Below, one piece after another: positions 19,019 to 27,729 of a stretch of 54,020 nucleotides of DNA. This DNA comes from an uncultured Ignavibacteriaceae bacterium (GTDB taxonomy: Bacteria; Bacteroidota; Ignavibacteria; UBA10030). The stretch spans positions 1 to 54,020 of the forward strand of contig CAZTKU010000001.1 in NCBI GenBank assembly GCA_964614245.1, read 5' to 3'. The notes below the pieces were generated by a model. That model worked only from the letters and a program-made list of their open reading frames with translations, made no database searches and was not told where the DNA came from. The position numbers were made by a program, and so were the translations under genes. Each line of letters starts with the position of its first letter. The first letter of the stretch is position 1.

Positions 19019-19438
19019 ATGAAGAAAGTCCTGATTGGCTTCGTTGCCGTGTTTGTTGCAATGGAGGTCATGAGTCTCATTGTAGACTACTGGCTGCTTG
19101 GCTCAACCTACGAATCCCTCAAGAACCTCTGGCGACCCGACATGGATTCGAAAATGTGGATCTTCCACGTCGTTATGCTTGTTGGGGCGTTTTTCTTCTC
19201 CTTTGTGTTCTCAAAGGGGTATGAAGGGAAGGGAATTATGGAGGGTGTCCGGTACGGGCTCTACATCGGCATCTGGATGAGCATCGGCATGGCGTACGGA
19301 ACCTATGCGATGATTGCAATTCCATACTCGCTAGCTCTCCAGTGGTTCATCTATGGTGTCATCCAGTACATTATTTACGGCGTCATCCTCGCTCTCATTT
19401 TCCAAACAAAGCCCGCTCCCCCGGCAACTCAACCATGA
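19019..19438 (+). CDS. Hypothetical membrane protein (4 TM helices, DUF1761-like by eye)
   Basis: 139 aa starting at MKKVLIGFVAVFVAM. The ORF-track extension back to 18659 runs through the tRNA and is an artefact. Confidence 0.6.
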   Translation: MKKVLIGFVAVFVAMEVMSLIVDYWLLGSTYESLKNLWRPDMDSKMWIFHVVMLVGAFFFSFVFSKGYEGKGIMEGVRYGLYIGIWMSIGMAYGTYAMIAIPYSLALQWFIYGVIQYIIYGVILALIFQTKPAPPATQP

Positions 19439-19469
19439 TTGATCGCCGATGCCACTGATCGCGACACAA

Positions 19470-19500
19470 CGAGCCCGGTTTAACCCGGGCTCGTTTGTTC
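19470..19500 (+). terminator. Rho-independent terminator
   Basis: CGAGCCCGG-TTTAA-CCGGGCTCG perfect 9-bp stem followed by TTTGTTC, 32 nt after the stop at 19438. Confidence 0.7.
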
Positions 19501-19764
19501 TTGCAGGCATGCGCAGATGCGTTGCATGACTTCGGGGAAATTGCGTGAGCCGGGATTTTTTTGTAGATTGCGCTCGCTCTCTTCTTGAGAAGGCAATTCC
19601 CGGGGATCGCAACAACGAAGAACGACCACCGTCACCGGGGATAACCTTGCACAGACTCCAGGCGAGCCGCCTTTCAGGTTCATGCTCAGCCAGAAGCTGA
19701 CCCGCCAAAGAGCACGGCAGAGAATCTGTTGCGTGGCTCGAATCGTTTGTACACCACCAAAAGC

Positions 19765-19788
19765 GCGGAACAGTTCCGCCTTTTTTTT
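19765..19788 (+). terminator. Terminator-like hairpin with T8 tract upstream of moxR
   Basis: GCGGAA-CAG-TTCCGC followed by C and TTTTTTTT, with an A-rich tract upstream. The stem is short (6 bp). Confidence 0.4.
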
Positions 19789-19841
19789 CGTCAAACAAAG
19801 ACTACGGAACTTTATCAGGGACAATGATTTAGGAGGATCGA

Positions 19842-20825
19842 GTGGATATTAAGACGATCAACGAAATGATCCAGCGCGAGAGCGGCTTTGTGGATACCCT
19901 TACCGCGGAGATCGGCAAAATCATTGTCGGCCAAAAGCAGATGGTGGACCGGCTGCTCATCGGCCTTCTCTGCAATGGGCATATCTTGCTTGAGGGGGTC
20001 CCAGGTCTGGCTAAGACGCTCACCATCAAGACGCTTGCTGCAGCCATCAGCGCAAGATTTCAGCGCATTCAGTTCACTCCCGACCTCCTCCCCGCCGATC
20101 TCATCGGCACGATGATCTACAACCAGAAGGATGGCAAGTTCTTTACCAGGAAGGGACCTATCTTTGCCAACTTTATCCTTGCCGATGAAATCAACCGCGC
20201 CCCGGCAAAGGTGCAGAGCGCGTTGCTTGAAGCAATGCAGGAACGACAGGTGACCATCGGCGAGGACACGTTCAAACTCGACGAGCCGTTTCTCGTGCTC
20301 GCTACCCAAAACCCGATCGAGCAAGAGGGGACGTATCCGCTACCCGAGGCACAGGTAGACCGCTTCATGCTGAAGGTCAAAATCGGCTATCCCTCCCGGG
20401 AAGAAGAGCTGTTGATCATGCGACAGAACGTCATTGGGGACCAACGCGAGACGAAGACGGTTGTTTCCCCAAAAGACATCCTTGCCGCCCGCGAAGTTGT
20501 CAGGAATGTTTATATGGACGAGAAGATCGAGCGGTATATCCTCGATATCGTCTTCGCAACGCGCCAGCCGGGCGACTTCAAGCTCGAAAAGATCTCCCCG
20601 ATGATCAGCTATGGCGCATCACCCCGCGCGTCCATCTATCTGGCTCTTGCATCCAAAGCACATGCATTCATCAAACGCCGCGGGTACGTTATTCCCGAGG
20701 ATGTCCGCGCAATAAGCCTGGATGTCTTGCGACATCGAGTGGCTGTGACGTACGAAGCCGAGGCAGAAGAAGTCACGTCTGAGCACATCGTGCAGGAAAT
20801 CCTGAATCACGTTGAGGTCCCATAG
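19842..20825 (+). CDS. moxR: MoxR-family AAA+ ATPase
   Basis: Walker A-like GVPGLAKT, Walker B ILADEINRA, and typical MoxR length. GTG start preceded by AGGAGG at 19831-19836. Confidence 0.9.
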   Translation: MDIKTINEMIQRESGFVDTLTAEIGKIIVGQKQMVDRLLIGLLCNGHILLEGVPGLAKTLTIKTLAAAISARFQRIQFTPDLLPADLIGTMIYNQKDGKFFTRKGPIFANFILADEINRAPAKVQSALLEAMQERQVTIGEDTFKLDEPFLVLATQNPIEQEGTYPLPEAQVDRFMLKVKIGYPSREEELLIMRQNVIGDQRETKTVVSPKDILAAREVVRNVYMDEKIERYILDIVFATRQPGDFKLEKISPMISYGASPRASIYLALASKAHAFIKRRGYVIPEDVRAISLDVLRHRVAVTYEAEAEEVTSEHIVQEILNHVEVP

Positions 20826-20831
20826 CGCATT

Positions 20832-20866
20832 TACAATTTTCAATCTTCAATCCACAATCTACAATT
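20832..20866 (+). repeat. Five tandem heptamers (consensus TNCAATY)
   Basis: TACAATT TTCAATC TTCAATC CACAATC TACAATT fills the 44-nt spacer between the moxR stop and the DUF58 GTG start. Confidence 0.85.
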
Positions 20867-20869
20867 TCC

Positions 20870-21745
20870 GTGGAAACAAAGGAGCTTCTCAAAAAAGTCC
20901 GGCAGCTCGAAATCCGCACCCGTGGGGTGGTGAACCAGGTGTTTTCTGGAGAGTACCACTCTGTGTTCAAGGGTCGCGGCATGGCGTTTTCCGAGGTTCG
21001 TGAATATCAGCTCGGCGACGATGTCCGCACGATCGATTGGAATGTGACAGCCCGCTTCGACCATCCGTTTGTAAAGGTGTTTGAAGAGGAACGCGAACTT
21101 ACGGTGATGCTTCTGGTCGATATGAGCGGCTCCCTGTTCTTTGGCTCACAGGGGCAGCTGAAGCGCGATATCGCAGTAGAGCTGAGCGCCATTCTTGCGT
21201 TCTCTGCAATGAAAAACAACGACAAAGTCGGTGCCATCCTGTTCTCGGATCAAATTGAGAAGTTCGTTCCTCCACGCAAGGGGCGATCTCATGCGTTGCG
21301 GATTGTGCGCGAGCTGATCTCGTTTGAGCCGAAACGCCCGCACACAAGCTTGCGAACGGCGCTTGAGTACCTCAACCATATGCTGAAGAAGCGAAGCATT
21401 GTGTTCGTTATCTCAGATTTCATCGACAGCGGCTATGAGACGGCGCTACGGATTGCCGGGAAGCGGCATGACCTGATTGGCATCGTTCTGCTCGACCCGC
21501 GTGAACACGAAATTCCCAGGGTTGGACTGATAACGTTCCGCGACGCAGAAACCGGCGCTCAACGATGGATTGACACATCCGATCCGCGGGTGCTTGCCGC
21601 GTATCGCATATACCGACGGTCAACGGAAGCTGCTCACCGGTCCATGTTTGTCAAGGCAAAACTCGATGGCGTCGAGGTCCGGCTCGACCAGCCCTATATG
21701 AAGCCTCTGATTGATTTCTTCAGGCTCAGAGAACGACGCTGGTGA
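20870..21745 (+). CDS. DUF58-domain protein (MoxR partner)
   Basis: GEYHSVFKGRGMAFSEVREYQLGDDVRTIDWNVTAR and the VWA-like LLVDMSGS, the canonical DUF58 signature next to moxR. Confidence 0.85.
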   Translation: METKELLKKVRQLEIRTRGVVNQVFSGEYHSVFKGRGMAFSEVREYQLGDDVRTIDWNVTARFDHPFVKVFEEERELTVMLLVDMSGSLFFGSQGQLKRDIAVELSAILAFSAMKNNDKVGAILFSDQIEKFVPPRKGRSHALRIVRELISFEPKRPHTSLRTALEYLNHMLKKRSIVFVISDFIDSGYETALRIAGKRHDLIGIVLLDPREHEIPRVGLITFRDAETGAQRWIDTSDPRVLAAYRIYRRSTEAAHRSMFVKAKLDGVEVRLDQPYMKPLIDFFRLRERRW

Positions 21746-21754
21746 TCGCAAAGA

Positions 21755-22708
21755 ATGCGAATACCTCATTACATATTTCCATTCTTGTTGGTATCTGCCG
21801 CATTGGCGCAGGAGCCCAAGCTCTCGGCCCGGGCAGATTCATCCCACTACAGAATCGCCGAATGGGTTATCCTCCACGTTGAAGCGGAATTCCCAAACCT
21901 CGTGCAATCGATTGGGCCCGCAGTCAAAGATAGCTTGGGGCCATTCGAGGTGCTCAAGGTCGATACTGTTGAGTTGCAGCATGATAACGGCCAGCAACGG
22001 CAGGGGTGGACATTTCGGCTGATAACCTTTGACACCGGGAATGTGTTCATCCCACCTATTCCGTTTGGCTACAACACTGCTGGTGATACACTTTGGCGAA
22101 CGGCATTCACAAATCCCGTTTTTCTTTCCATTGCCGGTGTCACCGTCGATCCGAAGGGCGACATCAAGGACATTAAACCACCGCTTGATGCGCCCTGGAA
22201 ATTCGAAGACGTTCTCCCCTACATGATCGCCCTCGCTTGCATTGCCCTTGCCACAGCGGCGTACCTCTACTACCGCAAAAAGAAACGGCAGCGAGAGGAG
22301 GCTCTGGCACCGCCCAGGCCCGCGATCCCAGCCGGTGAAGCGGCAATCGTCGCGCTGCGCATTCTTGAAGACAAGCGTCTCTGGCAACGGGGCAAAATCA
22401 AAGAGTACTACTCCGAGGTAACGGAGATTGTGCGCAGGTTCTTGGAAGATCAGTTTGGCATGCTCGCCCTGGAATCAACATCGGACGAGATCATGCAACA
22501 GCTGAAACCACTCTCCCAGGCGCAGCCTTTGGTGAACCAATTTCGGTCTTTCTTCACTACGGCGGATCTCGTCAAGTTCGCCAAGTACGAGCCAACATCG
22601 ATGGAACATGATAACGAGCTGCGCTGGGCTTATGAGTTTGTTCGCACGCTGATGCCGCGCTTGACTGAGCCGGCAGCCAGGGTGGAGGAGACCGCCGATG
22701 TTCGGTGA
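21755..22708 (+). CDS. DUF4381-like membrane protein with an extra N-terminal BatD-like secreted domain
   Basis: Signal peptide and about 140-aa beta-rich region resembling the BatD N-terminus. Then TM VLPYMIALACIALATAAYLYY plus a C-terminal region (TTADLVKFAKYEP) typical of DUF4381. Overlaps batA by 11 nt. Confidence 0.6.
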   Translation: MRIPHYIFPFLLVSAALAQEPKLSARADSSHYRIAEWVILHVEAEFPNLVQSIGPAVKDSLGPFEVLKVDTVELQHDNGQQRQGWTFRLITFDTGNVFIPPIPFGYNTAGDTLWRTAFTNPVFLSIAGVTVDPKGDIKDIKPPLDAPWKFEDVLPYMIALACIALATAAYLYYRKKKRQREEALAPPRPAIPAGEAAIVALRILEDKRLWQRGKIKEYYSEVTEIVRRFLEDQFGMLALESTSDEIMQQLKPLSQAQPLVNQFRSFFTTADLVKFAKYEPTSMEHDNELRWAYEFVRTLMPRLTEPAARVEETADVR

Positions 22709-23690
22709 CGGGTTTGCATATCCATGGATCTTGTGGGGACTTCTGGCAATTCCCATTCTCGCCTTTTCTTACTGGAGGCGCCGAGCCAGAATGGTCACCG
22801 AGGTAACGTTTTCGTCGCTTCAACCGTTTGAGCACTCGCCACGCTCGCTCCGCGAGAAGCTTAGGGATACTCCTGTCGCGCTTCGGCTTTTTGCCTTAGC
22901 GCTGTTCATCATCGCGCTTGCCCGTCCACAATCCGTCTCAAGCAGAGAAAACATCAGCACTGAAGGTATCGATATCGTCCTCGTGCTCGACATCTCCGGC
23001 AGCATGCTTGCAGAAGATTTTAGCCCGAACCGGCTGGTGGCGGCAAAGCAGGTCGCTGACGAATTCATCGACGGTCGGATGAATGACCGAATCGGGCTGG
23101 TGATTTTCTCCGCACAGAGTTTTACGCAGTGCCCGCTGACGATGGATTACCCCGTCCTGAAGTCGCTCCTGAAAGAAGTTAGGAAGGGAATGATCGAAGA
23201 CGGAACTGCGATTGGACTGGCTCTCGCCAACGGCGTCAACAGGCTAAAGGACAGCAAGGCAAAAAGCAAGGTGATGATCCTGTTGACCGATGGCGTGAAC
23301 AACAGGGGTGAGCTTGATCCGATCACGGCGGCAAAGGTAGCAGCTACCTATGCGATCCGCGTGTACACCGTTGGTGTCGGCGCACAGGGCGAAGCTCCCT
23401 ATCCTGTCGAGACACCCTTTGGAATCCAGCGACGACTCGTTCCGGTTGATCTAGATGAGAAAACTCTCACCGCGGTCGCCGAGATGACGGGCGGAAAATA
23501 CTATCGCGCAACGGACAACAGAAAGCTTAAGGCAATCTACAAAGAAATCGATCAGCTGGAGCGGACAAAAATCGAGGTGACGGCCTACAAACGCTACTCC
23601 GAATTGTTTTACGGGTGGCTTGCAGGTGGTTTGCTTCTGCTGTTAATTGAGGTCGGGATCGCGGCGACGGTGCTAAGGAAAATACCTTAG
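22698..23690 (+). CDS. batA: BatA: VWA-domain membrane protein
   Basis: N-terminal TMs, MIDAS motif VLDISGSM, TDGVNN and a C-terminal TM. Confidence 0.85.
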   Translation: MFGDGFAYPWILWGLLAIPILAFSYWRRRARMVTEVTFSSLQPFEHSPRSLREKLRDTPVALRLFALALFIIALARPQSVSSRENISTEGIDIVLVLDISGSMLAEDFSPNRLVAAKQVADEFIDGRMNDRIGLVIFSAQSFTQCPLTMDYPVLKSLLKEVRKGMIEDGTAIGLALANGVNRLKDSKAKSKVMILLTDGVNNRGELDPITAAKVAATYAIRVYTVGVGAQGEAPYPVETPFGIQRRLVPVDLDEKTLTAVAEMTGGKYYRATDNRKLKAIYKEIDQLERTKIEVTAYKRYSELFYGWLAGGLLLLLIEVGIAATVLRKIP

Positions 23691-23725
23691 AGCTGTCAGC
23701 TATCAGCTTTCAGCTGTTAGCTAAC
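23691..23725 (+). repeat. Five tandem heptamers (AGCTNNC-type)
   Basis: AGCTGTC AGCTATC AGCTTTC AGCTGTT AGCTAAC begins at the first base after the batA stop codon. Confidence 0.85.
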
Positions 23726-23779
23726 ACCAAGTAGCATGGCGAAGGCAACTAAGAATTATCCTGCAAAAAAGAGCAGATC

Positions 23780-24139
23780 ATGAAGAATTTCAGAGATCTC
23801 GCGGTGTGGAAAAAGGCCCATGAATTGACGCTTGCGGTCTATCGCGCCACCAAGCACTTTCCAAAAGACGAGACGTACGGTTTGACAAGCCAGATGAGGC
23901 GCTCAAGCGCCTCGATTGCTGCAAATATTGCTGAGGGTTGCGGAAAGCGAACCGATGCGGACTTTGCCCGGTTCGTGCAAAATGCCTTTGGTTCGGCAAG
24001 TGAGCTGGAATACCACCTTTTGCTTGCGCGAGATCTGGGCCTATTGAAAGCGGCTGAATACGAAGACCTGTGCCTTAACACTGTCGAAGTGAAAAAAATG
24101 CTCTCTGGTTTGCTTCGAAAGCTGAATGCAGACCGCTGA
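23780..24139 (+). CDS. Four-helix-bundle protein (23S rRNA intervening-sequence protein / Avd-like family)
   Basis: 119 aa. F(R)DLxVWKKAHELTLAVY, SQMRRSSASIAANIAEG and GSASELEYHLLLARDLG are signature motifs of this family. Confidence 0.85.
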   Translation: MKNFRDLAVWKKAHELTLAVYRATKHFPKDETYGLTSQMRRSSASIAANIAEGCGKRTDADFARFVQNAFGSASELEYHLLLARDLGLLKAAEYEDLCLNTVEVKKMLSGLLRKLNADR

Positions 24140-24154
24140 TTGCTGAAGGCTACA

Positions 24155-25915
24155 ATGCTACGTTTCGCACATCCCGAATACCTCTGGGCCCTCTGGCTCA
24201 TTCCGGCAATGGGGATCGGTTTCTTCTTTCTCCACCGCTGGAAGAGGCGATTGCTGCGACGATTCATTGCCGAACCGCTCTTCCCGCAGCTTGCGCCCGA
24301 GGCGAGCACGGCCAAGAGGTTTCTCAAGCACAGCCTGGTACTCTTGGCCACCGCGTCCCTCATTGTGGCGATTGCGAATCCGCAGGTTGGCACTCGGCTC
24401 GAAGAAGTAAAGCGCGAGGGGATAGACCTTTTTGTAGCGCTCGACGTTTCGCTGAGCATGAAGGCAGAGGATGTTCGTCCCAGCCGCCTGGAGAAAGCCA
24501 AGCGCGACGTTTCCGATCTTTTACGGAAACTCCATGGTGATCGCGTTGGACTTATTGTCTTTGCAGGGGATGCCTTTGTGCAGTTCCCGCTCACGGCTGA
24601 TTATTCTGCTGCCGACCTGTTCATTAATGCCGTCGATGTCGATGCTGTGCCCACGCCCGGGACGATGATCGGAAGGGCGATCGAGGTCTCACTTCAATCG
24701 TTCCGAACCGACCTTCCAACGCAGAAAGCCATTATTGTCGCGAGTGATGGCGAGAACACCGAGGGGAATATCACAGACGCTGTTGAACAGGCAAAGAAGC
24801 AGGGCGTACGAATCTACACGATTGGCATGGGCACGCCCGACGGAAGCCCCATCCCGATTTACGACAACGCCGGAACCCGCGTGGATTACAAGCATGACCG
24901 GTCTGGAAGCGTTGTGCTCTCGCGCCTCGACGAATCCATGCTTCAGCAGATCGCGTTGCCGACGGGGGGAAGCTATCGTCGCGCCACGAGCGGCGGGAAC
25001 GAAATTGAAGATATCTTCAAAGAACTCTCCACGCTACAGAAAACCGAGATGGGAAGCCTGCAGGTGACCGGGTTTGAGGATGAGTTTCATTATCCCCTGC
25101 TGCTCGCGATCATTTTGTTGATTGTTGAATATCTCCTTTCAGAGAGAAGGGGAAAAATTCTTCTGAGAATAATGAAGCTGGTGCCGGCCGGGAGGATCTT
25201 ACCTCTCTTCCTGCTTCTCGCGGTCTCATTCACGCACGCTCAGACGGTTCGCTCTCACGTCAAGACCGGAAACGAGGCGTACGAAAAGAACAAGTTTGCT
25301 GATGCAGAGGCAGAGTACAAAAAGGCCTTTCAACTGGACCCTACATCACGTGAAGCTCAGTTCAATCTCGGCAACGCCTATTACAAGCAACAGCGTTTTG
25401 ACGAGGCTCAACGGAGCTACAACACGAGCGTTACAACCGCCAAGAAGCCCGTTGATCAATCTATGGCATACTACAATCTGGGCAATGGCCTTTTCAGGTC
25501 TGACAAGATCCCCGAGAGCCTTGAAGCCTATAAACAGGCATTACGTCTTAATCCTGCCGACGAAGACGCTCGATACAATTACCAGCTTGCGAAAGATCGC
25601 CTGAAACAACAGAACCAGCAACAGCGCGATCAGAACAAGCAGCAGGATCAACAACCGGATAAGCGGGATCAGCAACAGCAGAACAGCAATCAACAGAAAG
25701 ACCAGAAGAATCAACAGCAGCAGCAACCCCGGCCACAGCAATCGAAGCAGGATAAGCTGAATCAGCAGCAGTCGCAGGCCCAACAGCAAAAGAACCAAAT
25801 GCCGAAAGAGCAGGCAGATCGCATACTCGACGCGATGCGCAATAACGAGAAAGAGCTCCAGAAGCAGCTTCGGAAACGCCAAGCAGCTCGAGTTTATATT
25901 GAGAAGGATTGGTGA
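24155..25915 (+). CDS. batB: BatB-BatC fusion: VWA domain followed by TPR domain and Gln-rich tail
   Basis: MIDAS ALDVSLSM, and VWA through about aa 300 with a TM. Then a retained signal-peptide-like MKLVPAGRILPLFLLLAVSFTHA-Q (ATG at 25172), TPR repeats and a poly-Q/K tail. Start placed at the ATG at 24155 (the track gives TTG at 24140). Confidence 0.8.
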   Translation: MLRFAHPEYLWALWLIPAMGIGFFFLHRWKRRLLRRFIAEPLFPQLAPEASTAKRFLKHSLVLLATASLIVAIANPQVGTRLEEVKREGIDLFVALDVSLSMKAEDVRPSRLEKAKRDVSDLLRKLHGDRVGLIVFAGDAFVQFPLTADYSAADLFINAVDVDAVPTPGTMIGRAIEVSLQSFRTDLPTQKAIIVASDGENTEGNITDAVEQAKKQGVRIYTIGMGTPDGSPIPIYDNAGTRVDYKHDRSGSVVLSRLDESMLQQIALPTGGSYRRATSGGNEIEDIFKELSTLQKTEMGSLQVTGFEDEFHYPLLLAIILLIVEYLLSERRGKILLRIMKLVPAGRILPLFLLLAVSFTHAQTVRSHVKTGNEAYEKNKFADAEAEYKKAFQLDPTSREAQFNLGNAYYKQQRFDEAQRSYNTSVTTAKKPVDQSMAYYNLGNGLFRSDKIPESLEAYKQALRLNPADEDARYNYQLAKDRLKQQNQQQRDQNKQQDQQPDKRDQQQQNSNQQKDQKNQQQQQPRPQQSKQDKLNQQQSQAQQQKNQMPKEQADRILDAMRNNEKELQKQLRKRQAARVYIEKDW

Positions 25916-27729
25916 TGACGTTGTTGTTGAAATGCGCACTCTCTCTCATCTGTGTCGCAGCGCTTGCCGCCGCACAGGATGCCACGTTTGTTGCAACTGT
26001 TGATCGGACAACGGTGAGCGCCGGCGAACAGTTCGAAGCCTCATTTACCGTGTCTGGCTCAGATGTCAATGGAGTGAAAAACTTCCGCGCTCCAGACTTT
26101 GGCCCATTCGTCGTTCTGAGCGGACCCAACCAATCGACCAGCATGCAGATCATCAATGGTCAAATGTCCGGTTCGCTGACATATTCCTACTATCTTTATG
26201 CCCGTCAGGTAGGTAAATTCGCCATCGGTGCGGCTTCTGTCGATTACCGGGGGACCACGATTCGCACACAGCCGCTGCAAATCGAGGTCGTCCAAGGCAA
26301 TCCTCAGGCTCAGCGAAAGGGTACAGAGGATGCTCAAAACATTGCGGACAACTTGTTCATCCGGGCAATTCCGGACAAGCAGCGTATCCGCCAGGGAGAG
26401 CAGGTTACAATCACCTATAAATTGTACACTCGCCTCCAGGTTTCTGGCTATGATCTCGCCAAAGCACCTGTATATCAGGGCTTCTGGTCAGAAGAAATTG
26501 AGCAACCGAAGCAGCCGGCCGTGGCCACCGAAACGCATGAGGGAAAGCAATACCGCGTGGCCACGATACGGAAGACAGCCCTCTTCCCTACCCAGGCGGG
26601 CAAGCTCGCTGTTTCTCCTCTTGAGGTTCGGTGCGCTGTTCAGATGCAGTCGCGCCGCAAGACCAACGATCCGTTTGACTCGTTTTTCAACGACCCGTTC
26701 TTTTCTCGCCTGCAAACGGTTGAGCAGGATTTCAAGTCCAACGCTCTGACGATAACTGTCGATCCTCTTCCCGGCGGTGCACCAATGGATTTCAAGGGCG
26801 CCGTTGGGAGATTTAGCTTTGCCGCGAGCGTCGACAAAAAAGAAGTAAAAACCGGCGATCCGCTTACGCTTCGCCTTTCCGTCTCGGGATCTGGAAATGT
26901 CAAACTCCTAACCCTGCCAAAGCCGTCGCTGCCGGCAGATTTCGAAGCCTACGAGCCCAAGATCTCAGAAGAGATTTCGCGGGAAGGCGGCGTCATTCGT
27001 GGAAAGAAAACCGCGGACTATCTCATCATCCCGCGCAATGCCGGCGAGCGGGAAATTGAACCGATTGCGTTCGCATACTACGACCTCGAAAAGAATGGCT
27101 ACAGCACGCTCCGGTCGCCGAGATTCGAATTCACGATTACCCCTGGGAAAGATCTGAGCGGCGGGGCGACGATTGCTTCCAAGTCTGATATTCGTTTGCT
27201 CGGAGAAGACATCCGATTTTTGAAGCTCTCCCCGGGTCAATTGCGGCCCATTGGCGAATCGCCCTTTGCAGGCGGTTGGTTCGCGGTTGCCCTTGCACTA
27301 CCCCCCGTTCTCTTTGTAGGCTCTCTTGTCTATCGCAGGCGCCAAGAGAAACTTTCCGGGAATATCTACCGGCTTCGCTTTGAGAAGGCCGGAAGGGAAG
27401 CAACCAGGCGGCTCAAACATGCGAAGAAACTTCTCTCGCAAGGAAACACAGAGAGCTACCACGCAGAGATCTCCAGGGCGCTGCTCGGGTACCTCGAGGA
27501 TAAGCTACATCTCTCGCGCGCGTCGCTCACGCTTGATCAGGCGGTGGTGTTGCTCGAGGCGCGTGGAGTCACCGCAGAGACACTTCAATCCCTGCGGTCG
27601 TGCGTAGAGAGGGCTGAATTCGCACGCTTTGCTCCGGCGGCAGACACCCGGGAAGCGCGCGCGGACTTGCTTGGCGGTGCGGCCGAAGTGATCAACGGCG
27701 TGGAAAGGACCTTCGAGAGAAGAGAATGA
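25912..27729 (+). CDS. batD: BatD (oxygen-tolerance protein family)
   Basis: ATGA start/stop overlap with batBC. Signal peptide, repeated Ig-like BatD segments, a late TM (FAVALALPPVLFVGSLVY) and a cytoplasmic tail. Confidence 0.8.
   Translation: MMTLLLKCALSLICVAALAAAQDATFVATVDRTTVSAGEQFEASFTVSGSDVNGVKNFRAPDFGPFVVLSGPNQSTSMQIINGQMSGSLTYSYYLYARQVGKFAIGAASVDYRGTTIRTQPLQIEVVQGNPQAQRKGTEDAQNIADNLFIRAIPDKQRIRQGEQVTITYKLYTRLQVSGYDLAKAPVYQGFWSEEIEQPKQPAVATETHEGKQYRVATIRKTALFPTQAGKLAVSPLEVRCAVQMQSRRKTNDPFDSFFNDPFFSRLQTVEQDFKSNALTITVDPLPGGAPMDFKGAVGRFSFAASVDKKEVKTGDPLTLRLSVSGSGNVKLLTLPKPSLPADFEAYEPKISEEISREGGVIRGKKTADYLIIPRNAGEREIEPIAFAYYDLEKNGYSTLRSPRFEFTITPGKDLSGGATIASKSDIRLLGEDIRFLKLSPGQLRPIGESPFAGGWFAVALALPPVLFVGSLVYRRRQEKLSGNIYRLRFEKAGREATRRLKHAKKLLSQGNTESYHAEISRALLGYLEDKLHLSRASLTLDQAVVLLEARGVTAETLQSLRSCVERAEFARFAPAADTREARADLLGGAAEVINGVERTFERRE

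Noticed and set aside
23839-24594. 251-aa minus-strand ORF
   Set aside because: It is antisense to the four-helix-bundle gene and batB, and the sequence is Ser/Arg-rich low complexity.
25600-25800. CAG/CAA-rich repetitive DNA
   Set aside because: It is in frame within batBC and encodes the Gln/Lys-rich tail typical of BatC-like proteins. It is coding low complexity, not a CRISPR array or satellite.
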